Shown here: piece after piece, positions 1-9,903 of the stretch
Position numbering within the stretch: the stretch's first letter is position 1
How the letters are laid out: the number at the start of each line of letters is the position of its first letter
DNA from: Tubiluchus corallicola
Lineage: Eukaryota; Animalia; Priapulida
Direction: 5' to 3'
Assembly (NCBI GenBank): GCA_030141605.1
Contig: JAQGDQ010000093.1
Location: 1-64,000 of the forward strand
DNA: 64,000 nt
The notes under the pieces: generated by a model
Databases searched by the model: none
Seen by the model: the letters and a program-made list of their open reading frames with translations, nothing else
Told to the model about the DNA's origin: nothing
Position numbers and translations under genes: made by a program

Positions 1-42
1 CCTTTACCCGTATAATTTTTAGTTTCTCGAGAGGGCAACTTT

Positions 43-498
43 GTGGAAAATAAAGTGTTTAAAAAAGTAGATATAAAACAGATGAGAAATTTTGTATTTA
101 GTTTTATTTTTGGGTGTCTTTTTGCTGCTGGAGCAGTAGCGCAGAGCTTCGATGATTTTGATGTACTTGACATTACGAAACAGCGCCCCCAAGAGCATAC
201 GATGTCTCCCAAAATGATCAGGCCGCTGCTTAAGGATGTGCCTACAGCAGCAGCAAATGAGTTGCATGGTGGGTTGCATTCAGTGAAGGAATTAATTGAC
301 ATGTTCAAGATTCCTAAGGATATGCTGCGTATTGGTATGATTGTCTACGTTAATGGGGATGGTGGAGCTATTAACAAAGGCTATTATTCTTTTGCAGGTG
401 GTGTGTTGAATCCGCCTCAAGGTTTGGTTTCTGATACTGTTAATTGGGAACGTCTTAATATTGCTATCATTAATGACTGGTGGAACCAGTTCCCTTAA
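43..498 (+). CDS. Secreted hypothetical protein with a GG-x-x-SV...IP...GM-x-VYV motif reminiscent of phage-tail/surface-protein modules (true start possibly ATG 82)
   Basis: 151-aa ORF; signal peptide MRNFVFSFIFGCLFAAGAVAQ from ATG 82; motif GGLHSVKELIDMFKIPKDMLRIGMIVYV. Confidence 0.6.
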   Translation: MENKVFKKVDIKQMRNFVFSFIFGCLFAAGAVAQSFDDFDVLDITKQRPQEHTMSPKMIRPLLKDVPTAAANELHGGLHSVKELIDMFKIPKDMLRIGMIVYVNGDGGAINKGYYSFAGGVLNPPQGLVSDTVNWERLNIAIINDWWNQFP

Positions 499-641
499 TG
501 GGGATGGTGAAACTATTAACAAAGGGCTATTATTCTTTTATAGAGGGTGTATTGAATCCGCCTCAAGGTTTGGTTTCTGATACTGTTAATTGGGAACGAC
601 TTAATATTGCTATCATTGGTGACTGGTGAGATCAGTTTTAA
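350..641 (+). repeat. Degenerate tandem duplication (period 145 bp) of the 3' end of the first ORF
   Basis: 350-494 aligns with 495-641; copy 2 has a 1-bp insertion and a TGG>TGA stop. Confidence 0.95.
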
Positions 642-740
642 CGTACAGGTGGCAATGAGAGGGATGGGTCGGCAGGGTCTCCTGTTTTTGGATGCGTTGT
701 TGCAGGGATGAGAGTAGTTTTTTGATTCTAATATAGATAG

Positions 741-773
741 GAGCCTTTTCGCAGTTGTGACAAGGCTCTTTTT
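741..773 (+). terminator. Probable intrinsic terminator
   Basis: GAGCCTT...AAGGCTC stem followed by TTTTT. Confidence 0.55.
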
Positions 774-860
774 GGAATGATAAAAGCCGTGTTTTGATTT
801 CGAACAGGTTTTTATGATTTATAATCTTGTATGTCTGTGGCCACTTAATTCTATTTCGCT

Positions 861-2027
861 ATGAATAATTTTGAGTATTATAATCCGGTGAAGGTTGTTT
901 TCGGCAAAGGGGAGATATCAAAGCTTGGGGGACTAATACCCGGTGGTTCGCATGTTATGCTTACATACGGGGGTGGTAGTATAAAGAAGAATGGTGTTTA
1001 TGATCAGGTGCGCAGGGCGCTGGGTGATGATTTTAATGTTACTGAGTTTGGAGGTATTGAGGCTAATCCTCGCTACGAGACCCTAGTAAGGTGTGTGGAT
1101 ATTGTAATCCGTGACGGAGTTGATTTTTTGCTTGCTGTCGGTGGCGGCTCTGTGCTTGATGGCACCAAGTTTGTGGCGGCAGCTTCCGTTTGGGATGGAG
1201 ATGAGCCGTGGGACATATTATCTCGCCGCTCGGAGATTGAGGTGAGTCGTGCACTACCTATAGGAGCTGTTTTAACTCTTCCCGCTACCGGTTCGGAGAT
1301 GAATGGTAATGCTGTTATAACCCGTGAGAAGACACAGGAGAAGCTTGCGTTTAGTTCACCTGCTGTAATGCCCCGTTTTTCGGTTCTGGACCCCGAAGTG
1401 GTGTTTTCCCTTCCTGAGGCCCAGATAGCAAATGGAATTGTTGATGCTTTTGTCCATGTGCTGGAGCAGTATCTTACCTACCCTGTATGTTCACCTATTC
1501 AGGACCGCTTTGCAGAGGGCATACTGGCTACCTTGGTGGAGGAGGGCCCTAAAGTTATTGCCAGGCGTGATGATTATGATTCTGCTGCTAATTTTATGTG
1601 GTCTGCTACGATGGCTCTTAACGGGCTTATAGGGGTGGGAGTGCCTCAGGACTGGTCGACACATATGGTAGGGCATGAGTTAACAGCTTTTCACGGTATA
1701 GATCATGCTAGAACGCTTGCTATTGTACTACCGGGAATGATGAGCGTTAAGCGCGAAAACAAGAGGGATAAGATATTACAGTTTGGGGAGCGTATATGGG
1801 GTATTGATAAGGGGAGTGATGATAAACGTATTGATGCGGTTATAGACAAGGTGGTCAGCTTTTTTGAATCGCTGGGTGTATCCACAAAGTTAAAGGATTA
1901 TGGAGTAGGGAGTGAGACTATAGATAAGATAGTTGAGCGATTTAGTAAAAGGGGATGGGTGGCAGCAGGAGAGAGAGGTGATCTTACCCCGGACGAGATT
2001 AGCGAGGCGCTTAAGCTCCGGCTATAG
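861..2027 (+). CDS. yqhD: Iron-containing NADPH-dependent alcohol/butanol dehydrogenase (YqhD/BdhA family)
   Basis: Motifs YGGGSIKKNG, AVGGGSVLDGTK, TLPATGSE, QDWSTH...GHELTA.HGIDHA. Confidence 0.92.
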   Translation: MNNFEYYNPVKVVFGKGEISKLGGLIPGGSHVMLTYGGGSIKKNGVYDQVRRALGDDFNVTEFGGIEANPRYETLVRCVDIVIRDGVDFLLAVGGGSVLDGTKFVAAASVWDGDEPWDILSRRSEIEVSRALPIGAVLTLPATGSEMNGNAVITREKTQEKLAFSSPAVMPRFSVLDPEVVFSLPEAQIANGIVDAFVHVLEQYLTYPVCSPIQDRFAEGILATLVEEGPKVIARRDDYDSAANFMWSATMALNGLIGVGVPQDWSTHMVGHELTAFHGIDHARTLAIVLPGMMSVKRENKRDKILQFGERIWGIDKGSDDKRIDAVIDKVVSFFESLGVSTKLKDYGVGSETIDKIVERFSKRGWVAAGERGDLTPDEISEALKLRL

Positions 2028-2107
2028 GTGTAGGTGTTAGAGATTATCAGGGTGGAGAGAGTGCTTCTTTTCCACTGTTTTGAGTTGTTTTTTCGGATAT
2101 TTCAAAG

Positions 2108-3037
2108 ATGAGGGGGTATTTAAACTTGTTTATTAAGGGAGTGGCGATGGGTTCGGCCAATGTTATCCCTGGTGTTTCGGGAGGGACAATTGCGTTGATA
2201 ACTGGTGTTTTCGGCAGGGTGATAGAGAGCATAAAGTCATTTGATTTGAAGGCTGCTAAGCTTCTGGTTTCCGGTAATTGGAGAGCTTTTGCCAGCCACG
2301 TGGATATTTTTTTTCTTGCAACACTGCTTTCGGGCATTGCGGTCAGTATTTTAACACTGGCAAGGCTGTTTGATTATCTTTTTGAGAAGTACCCTGAGTT
2401 TATTTGTTCATTCTTTTTTGGGTTAATACTTGCCTCTGTCTATTTTGTTGGGAGGACTGTCGGGAGGTGGAATGCTTTTACGGCTGTCAGCCTGATGGTT
2501 GGGATAGCTGTGGCTACTGTTGTATCCACCCTTGCTCCAGCTTCCGGTAATTCGTCAGTTATCTATCTTATTATTTGTGGTGCAGTAGCTGCGTGTAGTA
2601 TGATACTGCCGGGGCTGTCGGGCTCTTTTGTGCTGATTCTTATGGGAAATTATCAGTTGGTAATGATTGATGCGGTTAACAGTCTTGATGTGATGGTACT
2701 GGGGCCTGTTGTTTTGGGTGCTGTTTTGGGGCTAGCCGCTTTTTCTCATTTTTTATCGTGGGTTTTCAAAAGGTTTAGAGGGCAGACTATTGCGCTGCTT
2801 ACCGGATTTATTATAGGTTCGCTGGGTGTTTTGTGGCCGTGGAAGGCTCCTGTTTTTAAGGAGGATAGCGCAGGTAATCTGCTGCTTAAAAAGAGTGGTG
2901 ACAAGATTGTAGAGGGGTATGACCGGTTTATTCCTAACGAGTTTTCACCTGATGTTTTAATTGCTATAGTTCTTATGGTTATCGGAGTTATTACTATATA
3001 TCTGATGGAGAGAATAGCAGAGTCTAAGCAGGTGTGA
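2108..3037 (+). CDS. DUF368 family membrane protein
   Basis: KG..MGSANVIPGVSGGTIA and repeat MILPGLSGS signature; multiple TM segments. Confidence 0.9.
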   Translation: MRGYLNLFIKGVAMGSANVIPGVSGGTIALITGVFGRVIESIKSFDLKAAKLLVSGNWRAFASHVDIFFLATLLSGIAVSILTLARLFDYLFEKYPEFICSFFFGLILASVYFVGRTVGRWNAFTAVSLMVGIAVATVVSTLAPASGNSSVIYLIICGAVAACSMILPGLSGSFVLILMGNYQLVMIDAVNSLDVMVLGPVVLGAVLGLAAFSHFLSWVFKRFRGQTIALLTGFIIGSLGVLWPWKAPVFKEDSAGNLLLKKSGDKIVEGYDRFIPNEFSPDVLIAIVLMVIGVITIYLMERIAESKQV

Positions 3038-3774
3038 GAGTATTCGGGTTGATAGGCTTTCCTCTTTCACACTCTTTTTCGAAGGGTTTTTTTAGTGAAA
3101 TGTTTGTACGGGAGGGTATTGCTGGGGAGTATTTAAATTTCGAAATAGAGAGTGTGGGGATGCTTCCTGATATAGTTAAAAGCACCCCCGGGCTGGAGGG
3201 GCTAAATGTTACTATCCCCTATAAGGAGCAGGTTTTGCCCTTTTTGGATGAGATAGATGAATTGGCTAGTGAGGTGGGCGCTGTTAACACAATAAAGATT
3301 ACGAGGAGTAGAGGTAAAGTAGTCTTAAAGGGGTATAATACAGATGTTGTGGGGTTTACAGATTCTATAAAGCCTTTTTTGAAGTCGTTTCACAGAAAAG
3401 CTCTTGTTTTGGGTACAGGAGGAGCGTCAAAGGCTGTGGCCAGCTCTTTTAACATGATGGGTATTGATGTGGCTGTGGTGTCGCGCTTTGCCGGAGAGAA
3501 GCGCTTGCTCTATAGTGAGTTGAGCGCCGATGTTATTGACAGGCATATGATAGTGGTCAACACCACTCCCGCAGGTATGCATCCTAATGTTGATATGTGT
3601 CCCGACATCCCCTATGACCTACTTACAAGTCGACATTTGCTCTACGATCTTGTTTACAATCCTGCAAAAACGAAGTTTATGAGGAGAGGGGAGCAGAGGG
3701 GAGCAGAGGTTGTAAATGGTCTTGAAATGCTTCATGGTCAGGCACTGGCTGCATGGAGAGTATGGAATGATTAA
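3034..3774 (+). CDS. aroE: Shikimate dehydrogenase
   Basis: GLIG.PLSHSFS, NVTIPYK, GAVNT, GYNTD, LGTGGAS, DLVYNP, NGLEMLHGQA. Confidence 0.95.
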   Translation: MRVFGLIGFPLSHSFSKGFFSEMFVREGIAGEYLNFEIESVGMLPDIVKSTPGLEGLNVTIPYKEQVLPFLDEIDELASEVGAVNTIKITRSRGKVVLKGYNTDVVGFTDSIKPFLKSFHRKALVLGTGGASKAVASSFNMMGIDVAVVSRFAGEKRLLYSELSADVIDRHMIVVNTTPAGMHPNVDMCPDIPYDLLTSRHLLYDLVYNPAKTKFMRRGEQRGAEVVNGLEMLHGQALAAWRVWND

Positions 3775-3866
3775 GAGGGTGATGCTTTTACTAATATTTT
3801 CGTGGAAGTCTTTTTCAGAGTCCTTGTTGATGTTAGCAGGCTGTGGCTTTTCATTGAGTTTTCTTC
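3698..3866 (+). repeat. Left copy of 169-bp target-site duplication of the IS1634 element
   Basis: Identical by eye to 5512-5680; includes the aroE 3' end. Confidence 0.95.
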
Positions 3867-5511
3867 CTGTTTTGTGCATTGCAGCACCCAAGTTTATAAT
3901 TTCATATTTAACAACTTTTTTTGCATTTCAGTTGGCTGTAATATTTTTGTTCTGACTTGTTTCGATTTGGGCAGAGTGTATTGCAGCTGCCTGATCTGCC
4001 GGATTTGTTCCAAGGCTTTTTCAGCAGAGATATCAATATTATTTGCCTTCAATAACCTTTCCAGCTCTTTGTAAATGGCATAGGCTGTGAAACAAATACA
4101 GATATGGGCTTCAATGCGTTCTTTTAAGCGGTGATAAACTGGCCGTATTCGTAAATCAGTTTTTGATATACGAAAAGCTTTTTCCACTTGCCACAACTGA
4201 CTATAATTCCCGATAACATCTTTTCTCGGTAAATGGGTATTGGTTACATAACCCTTCAACCCATCCCAAACTCTATCTGACTGGAACTTATCGTAGTCGA
4301 TTTTAACGGCAATCTCCCCCGACAGATTCAGATATTTATTATACCCGCGATTATTTATGCGATTCTTTGTTAGCTTGCCGGAAGCAACACGTTTTTCAAG
4401 TCTTTTTAAGCCCTTCTCTCTGTTTTTTTATCGTTGAAGGCTCTTTTTTCTGAGAAGCTGATAATCAACCTTCCATTCTTGTTTTTCAACTCAACTGGCT
4501 TGTTTTCTTTAATATCAAGAGCTATAATTTTTTCTTTTATTTTTTGACTTTCATTCTTTATCCGTCCTCCAAGTATGTACTCGTATTTGTTTTCAATCAA
4601 GGCATTTATGTTCTTCTGCGAGAGTAAAGCTGCATCGGCAACTACAATAGGCCTTTCGATATTAAATTTATTTTGAAAGGCTTCCAGAACAGGGATTAGT
4701 GTTTTTGTTTCAGAGGTGTTTCCCTCGAATATTTGATAGCCAATCGGGTATCCATATTTACCCACCAGTAAACCTATCATTATTTGCGGTTGTTGATGCT
4801 TGCCATCTTTGTTGAATCCGGGAATACGGTAGTCATCTTCTTCTGATGCCTCAAAATACAATGTGGTCATATCATAAAATGCGACACTTATTTTTCCTTT
4901 TAGTAGCTTCCTGGTGTGCTTAAAGGTAAGTTGTTCAATTTGTGGCTTTAAACTTGTATTTAGCTCGTCAAGGAAACGATAAATAGTGTGTACGCTAACA
5001 TCTGTATTCAGGTGCTGTCTAAAATAGTCAACGGTTTTTAATTTGCTTCCCGGGTACACTAACCGACATAATACCAGGTTGCGAAAATAATTGCAGCACC
5101 CATCATCCGGAAAGTTAAAGACTTGATAAATTTTGCCTAAAATTAATTCACTTCCTACAACTTGTAAATGATTGTTTGCAATGCTGCCCACAAAGTTTTC
5201 AACCACCAAATCATCGTGTTCAACAAAAAGCGATTGCATGCCCCTAAGCCGCTCTATCTCTGTGTTGGCAAGCAATAAAAGCAATTCTTCTTCCCGCTTT
5301 GTTTTTGCGCAACCTACGGTTTTTACAACCTTATATTTACCATGATTTTTTGAGATTATCTGTACACTCACAGAACCACTCCCGATTCTTATTTTTTCGG
5401 ACAAACATGCATAAAATTAAGCATGCAGCACCCAAAATGCAAATTTGAAATTCCTATCTTGCTGATAATCAATAGTGCATTCTTGGGGCGTCGTTGTGGT
5501 GCACAAAACAG
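3867..5511 (-). mobile_element. IS1634-family insertion sequence
   Basis: Terminal inverted repeats CTGTTTTGTGCA...TGCACAAAACAG; long flanking direct repeat; DDE transposase. Confidence 0.92.
3894..5408 (-). pseudogene. IS1634-family transposase with two frameshifts (near 5381 and in the A-run near 4425)
   Basis: ATG 5408 MFVRKNKNR/SGSVSVQII; FYDMTTLYFE, VVADAALLS, LWQVEKAFR.SK.DLRIRPVYH; split into ORFs 4406-5404 and 3894-4259. Confidence 0.85.
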
Positions 5512-5680
5512 GGGGAGCAGAGGTTGTAAATGGTCTTGAAATGCTTCATGGTCAGGCACTGGCTGCATGGAGAGTATGGAATGATTAAGAGGGTGATGCT
5601 TTTACTAATATTTTCGTGGAAGTCTTTTTCAGAGTCCTTGTTGATGTTAGCAGGCTGTGGCTTTTCATTGAGTTTTCTTC
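5512..5680 (+). repeat. Right copy of 169-bp target-site duplication
   Basis: Identical by eye to 3698-3866. Confidence 0.95.
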
Positions 5681-5714
5681 AGCCTGAATCAAAAGTTTTT
5701 GCCTTGTAAAGGTC

Positions 5715-6503
5715 TTAGGATGGGAATATGTTGTGTTCGGGGGGGCGCTTTAGCCCATAAGACAGTTCTTCCGGATAGCCTATATCTACCAAGAATAATC
5801 CTTTTGCCGGGGCGCTTGCTCCTGCAAGTTTGCGATCTTCTGCTTCGATAATTTTTTTAAAGTCGTTAATAGAAATTTTTTTAAGTCCTACTTCAGCTAG
5901 TGTCCCTACTATTGCTCTTACCATATTTCTCAGAAATCGATCAGCGCTTATGGTAAATATTAGCAGCTTTTCTCTTTCCTCCCACCCGGCTTTGAGTATT
6001 TTGCAATTTTTTGTTTTGCTGTCTGCCCCCTCTTTACAGAAGCTGGTAAAGTTGGTATATCTGTAGAGCATAGTGGCAGCTTCATTCATTCTTTCTACGT
6101 CGAGGTGGCGATAGCAATTATTTGTGTATAGGTATGTGAAGGGATCTTTTGTTTTGGAGGAGAAATACTTGTAAGTACGGTATGTTGCATCGAAGCGGGC
6201 GTGAGCCTGTTCATTGACTTTGAAAACGCTTTGTATGGCTATTTCTGCGGGTAGAAAACTGTTGAGTCTGAGAGGGAGCTTTGCACAGTTTATGTTTTCA
6301 GCTTTGCAGTTGAAGTGGGCGACAAAAAAGCTGGCGTGAACACCGGTGTCTGTTCTGCCTGCTCCTGTTAGCTGTATTTTTTCTCGTAGTATGAGAGAAA
6401 GAGCATTTTCTATAGTTTCCTGAACTGTTTTTGAGGTCGGCTGAGTTTGCCACCCGTGGTAGTTTGTTCCGTCATAGGATAGTTGTATGAAATACTTCTC
6501 CAT
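5715..6503 (-). CDS. truA: tRNA pseudouridine(38-40) synthase
   Basis: YDGTNYHGWQ, GAGRTDTGVHA, ARFDA..R.Y.Y, FLRNMVRAIVG; ATG 6503 preferred over 6545. Confidence 0.96.
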   Translation of the reverse strand: MEKYFIQLSYDGTNYHGWQTQPTSKTVQETIENALSLILREKIQLTGAGRTDTGVHASFFVAHFNCKAENINCAKLPLRLNSFLPAEIAIQSVFKVNEQAHARFDATYRTYKYFSSKTKDPFTYLYTNNCYRHLDVERMNEAATMLYRYTNFTSFCKEGADSKTKNCKILKAGWEEREKLLIFTISADRFLRNMVRAIVGTLAEVGLKKISINDFKKIIEAEDRKLAGASAPAKGLFLVDIGYPEELSYGLKRPPEHNIFPS

Positions 6504-6803
6504 GTTATTTATCAATTTTTTAAGCTCGCTTGTGAGCTTGTGCAAAGTTCATTTTTTTATTTATATTTTTGTCAAAGTTCCAGCTAAAGCTGTTATTCAC
6601 GCCGGTAAAGTGTGAATTTTCACTGATTTTTTCAATCTGGGCCAGTTTACTTGCTTTGCAAAGGCTTTGATGTCGCTGAGTGTGAGATATATATGGAATT
6701 TTCAGATATGCTATTTACGGATATACTTTGTTGCGCTTGTTGTTTAAGGCACTGGTTAACAATTTTTAACAAAATGGAAATTAGTAGAGTATTATAAATA
6801 GTA

Positions 6804-6811
6804 TAGTTTTG
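6804..6811 (+). promoter_or_regulatory. Bacteroidota sigma-A -7 element upstream of the moxR-bat operon
   Basis: TAGTTTTG matches TAnnTTTG. Confidence 0.5.
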
Positions 6812-6930
6812 TGTGCGGTTTTATTTAGTTGTTTAGTTGGGTGGGTGCATTATTGGCACCATTATTGATTATTTTTAAAGAAGAGAGATAGACACGACAT
6901 ATTAATGATTTAAAATAAAGATGGAAAGTT

Positions 6931-7926
6931 ATGGAGCAAACATTGGATATAAAGAGGCTTAATGATAAGATTCACGGGGAGAGTTCTTTTGTCGACATGG
7001 TGTCTATGGAGATGAATAAGGTTATTGTGGGACAAAAACATTTGATTGAGAGCCTGTTAATAGGGTTGCTTTCTGACGGGCATTTATTGTTGGAAGGGGT
7101 TCCCGGGCTTGCGAAAACATTAGCTATTAATACTCTCTCTAGCACTATTGAGGCAAAGTTTGCCAGGATTCAGTTTACGCCGGACCTGCTTCCCGCCGAT
7201 TTGCTGGGGACGATGATTTACAGCCAACGCAAAGAGGAGTTTGTAGTAAAGAAGGGGCCTATTTTTACGAATTTTATTCTTGCTGATGAGATCAATCGCG
7301 CTCCGGCAAAGGTACAGTCGGCGTTGCTTGAAGCAATGCAAGAGAGGCAGGTTACAATAGGAGAGAATACTTATAAGTTGGAGGAGCCATTTTTAGTGAT
7401 GGCTACTCAAAACCCGATTGAGCAGGAGGGTACTTATCCTCTTCCGGAGGCACAAGTGGATCGTTTTATGTTAAAGGTTGTATTGGGCTATCCAGATAAG
7501 AAAGAGGAGGAGGTGATAGTAAGGCAAAATCTTATGAAGGAGTTTCCGTCTGCTACGTCAGTCCTGAATCCTAGTGATATTATAAGAGCACGAGATGTGG
7601 TTAAGGAGGTTTATATGGACGATAAGATACACAGATATATAGTTGATATCATACATGCTACCCGTGAGCCCGGAGAGCATGGGCTGAAGCAGTTTAATGA
7701 GATGATTTCGTACGGGTGTTCTCCACGTGCGTCCATAAGCCTTGCACAGGCGAGCAAAGCGTATGCTTTTATTAAACGCAGGGGCTATGTTATTCCAGAG
7801 GATGTAAGGGCTATATGTCACGATGTGATGCGTCACAGAATTGGGCTGAGCTATGAGGCGGAGGCTAGTAATATAGTGTCGGAAGATATTATCAGCGAGA
7901 TATTAAATACTGTGGAGGTGCCTTAA
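6931..7926 (+). CDS. moxR: MoxR-family AAA+ ATPase
   Basis: Walker A EGVPGLAKT, RIQFTPDLLPAD, Walker B LADEINR, ATQNPIEQEGTYPLPEAQ.DRF. Confidence 0.96.
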   Translation: MEQTLDIKRLNDKIHGESSFVDMVSMEMNKVIVGQKHLIESLLIGLLSDGHLLLEGVPGLAKTLAINTLSSTIEAKFARIQFTPDLLPADLLGTMIYSQRKEEFVVKKGPIFTNFILADEINRAPAKVQSALLEAMQERQVTIGENTYKLEEPFLVMATQNPIEQEGTYPLPEAQVDRFMLKVVLGYPDKKEEEVIVRQNLMKEFPSATSVLNPSDIIRARDVVKEVYMDDKIHRYIVDIIHATREPGEHGLKQFNEMISYGCSPRASISLAQASKAYAFIKRRGYVIPEDVRAICHDVMRHRIGLSYEAEASNIVSEDIISEILNTVEVP

Positions 7927-7991
7927 AAAAGGGCGGTTTTGTTTTGTAATGTTTGCCTTTGTCCGTGGTGTTTTTTTAAAGTATACAGAGA

Positions 7992-8864
7992 GTGGATAAA
8001 TCAGAGCTCATAAAGAGGGTTAGGAAAATAGAGATAAAGACCAGAGGGCTGTCTCGAAATATTTTTGCTGGCGAGTATCATAGCGCTTTTAAAGGGAGAG
8101 GTATGGCCTTCAGTGAGGTTCGTGATTATCAGTTTGGAGATGACGTAAGAAATATTGACTGGAATGTTACGGCGCGTTATAACAAGCCGTTTATAAAGAT
8201 ATTTGAAGAGGAGAGGGAGTTGACGGTTCTTCTTCTTGTTGATATTAGCGGGTCTCGTAATTTTGGTACATCGGATAAGCTGAAGAAGAATGTGATAACT
8301 GAGATATCTGCAATACTCTCTTTTTCAGCTATGGCCAATAATGACAAAATAGGGGTTATTCTGTTTTCTGATAGGATAGAGAAGTTTATTCCACCGCAAA
8401 AGGGGAGAACACACGCGCTGAGAATTATTAATGACTTGATAGATTTTGAACCCATATCACGAAAGACTGATATAACACAGGCTATTCAGTATATGACCAA
8501 TATTATGAAGCGGCGGGTTTCTGTTTTTGTTATTTCAGATTTTATGGATGATAATCCTCAGCTAGAGCAGTCTCTCATTATTGCAAATAGGAAGCATGAT
8601 ATAGTGGGTCTCCATATATATGATGAGCGAGAGACAGAGCTTCCTTCTATCGGTATGGTGAAGTTTAAAGATTCGGAGACAGGTGGTTATCGGTGGGTCG
8701 ATTCATCCAGTCGGCGGGTGAGAAGTATTTACAGGAAGTGGTGGACAGATAAGATAGACAGGCTTGACAGTGTGTTTAGGAGAGCCGGTATTGATTATGC
8801 GAGTATTGATACACGGCAAGACTATGTTAAGTCATTAGTAGCACTTTTTAAGAAGAGGGAATAG
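7992..8864 (+). CDS. DUF58 (vWA-like) protein of the MoxR/Bat cluster
   Basis: G.YHSAFKGRGM.F.EVRDYQ.GDDVR.IDWNVTAR; FEEERE. Confidence 0.93.
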   Translation: MDKSELIKRVRKIEIKTRGLSRNIFAGEYHSAFKGRGMAFSEVRDYQFGDDVRNIDWNVTARYNKPFIKIFEEERELTVLLLVDISGSRNFGTSDKLKKNVITEISAILSFSAMANNDKIGVILFSDRIEKFIPPQKGRTHALRIINDLIDFEPISRKTDITQAIQYMTNIMKRRVSVFVISDFMDDNPQLEQSLIIANRKHDIVGLHIYDERETELPSIGMVKFKDSETGGYRWVDSSSRRVRSIYRKWWTDKIDRLDSVFRRAGIDYASIDTRQDYVKSLVALFKKRE

Positions 8865-8871
8865 GCAGCTT

Positions 8872-9903
8872 ATGGGTTTAAGTATTGTTAATATATATTT
8901 TGTGCTTGTACTCTCTGTTTTTGCTGTTTTTAGCAGCGCTGCTACAGGCCAGGAGATTAAGGCAGAGGCATCATTTGAAAGGGATTCCATTGACCTTGGG
9001 GATCAGATATTGCTGACCCTGGAGCTGGAGAGCTCGGATGGCCTTACTATTGAGTTGCCGGAAGTGTCGGATACTATAGGTTTGGCAATTGAAGTGCTGA
9101 GGCAGGAGCCGGTAGATACTATTGTGCTAAAAGATAGAAAACGATTGATCCGGCAAAAGTTTATTGTTACATGTTTTGACGAGGGTACTCATATTATACC
9201 CCCTTTTGTTTACAGGCTGAAATATGATGAGCTGGAAGATTCTATTGAAACGGGAGAGCTGAGGCTTTTTGTGAATACAATTGATGTGGATATGGAGAGG
9301 GGGCCTGTTGATATTAAAAGGCCTTTTTCTGCACATGTTACATTTAAAGAGATCGCACCAATACTATTTGGGGTGATACTTGCCTTGGCTCTTATTTATC
9401 TGGTTATTTATATGATAAGACAGCGGAGGAAGAATGCCCCACTGTTTCAAAGGGCTCCCAAGCCCCGGGAGCCTGCTCATGTGATAGCTTTGCGTGCGTT
9501 GAGTGAGCTGAAGAATAAGAAGTTGTGGCAGAGCAACCGTACTAAAGAGTATTATAGCAGAGTAACGTGTATTGTAAGGTCTTATATAGAGGAGAGATTT
9601 CATATTAAGGCGTTGGAGCAGACTACTGCAGAGATTATGAGAAATATTGAGAGTAAAGAATCGGAGGTAGGTCAGCAGCCTATTGATATGCTGAGGCAGA
9701 TTCTTGAGTTGGCAGATTTTGTTAAGTTTGCAAAGCTGTCTCCTACTTCTGATGAGAATCAGATAACAATTGCAAATGCCTACTTTTTTGTAGAGCAGAC
9801 TAAAGTTGATGAGAAAAAAGATAGTTCACTGAAGAGTAGTGAAGGTGAAGTGGAGGAGACAACTTATTTAATCAATGGCGAAGGGGTGAAAAAAGATGGC
9901 TAG
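8872..9903 (+). CDS. Conserved membrane-anchored protein of the bat cluster (BatD-like N-terminal domain)
   Basis: Signal peptide, one TM, C-terminal ADFVKFAK motif; conserved position before batA. Confidence 0.75.
   Translation: MGLSIVNIYFVLVLSVFAVFSSAATGQEIKAEASFERDSIDLGDQILLTLELESSDGLTIELPEVSDTIGLAIEVLRQEPVDTIVLKDRKRLIRQKFIVTCFDEGTHIIPPFVYRLKYDELEDSIETGELRLFVNTIDVDMERGPVDIKRPFSAHVTFKEIAPILFGVILALALIYLVIYMIRQRRKNAPLFQRAPKPREPAHVIALRALSELKNKKLWQSNRTKEYYSRVTCIVRSYIEERFHIKALEQTTAEIMRNIESKESEVGQQPIDMLRQILELADFVKFAKLSPTSDENQITIANAYFFVEQTKVDEKKDSSLKSSEGEVEETTYLINGEGVKKDG

Noticed and set aside
350-641. DGR template/variable repeat pair
   Set aside because: Only about half of the differences are at template adenines, there is an indel, and no reverse transcriptase is in the window
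3619-4074. Short ORFs around the aroE end and IS terminus
   Set aside because: They overlap aroE, the target duplication or the transposase in other frames, with no motifs
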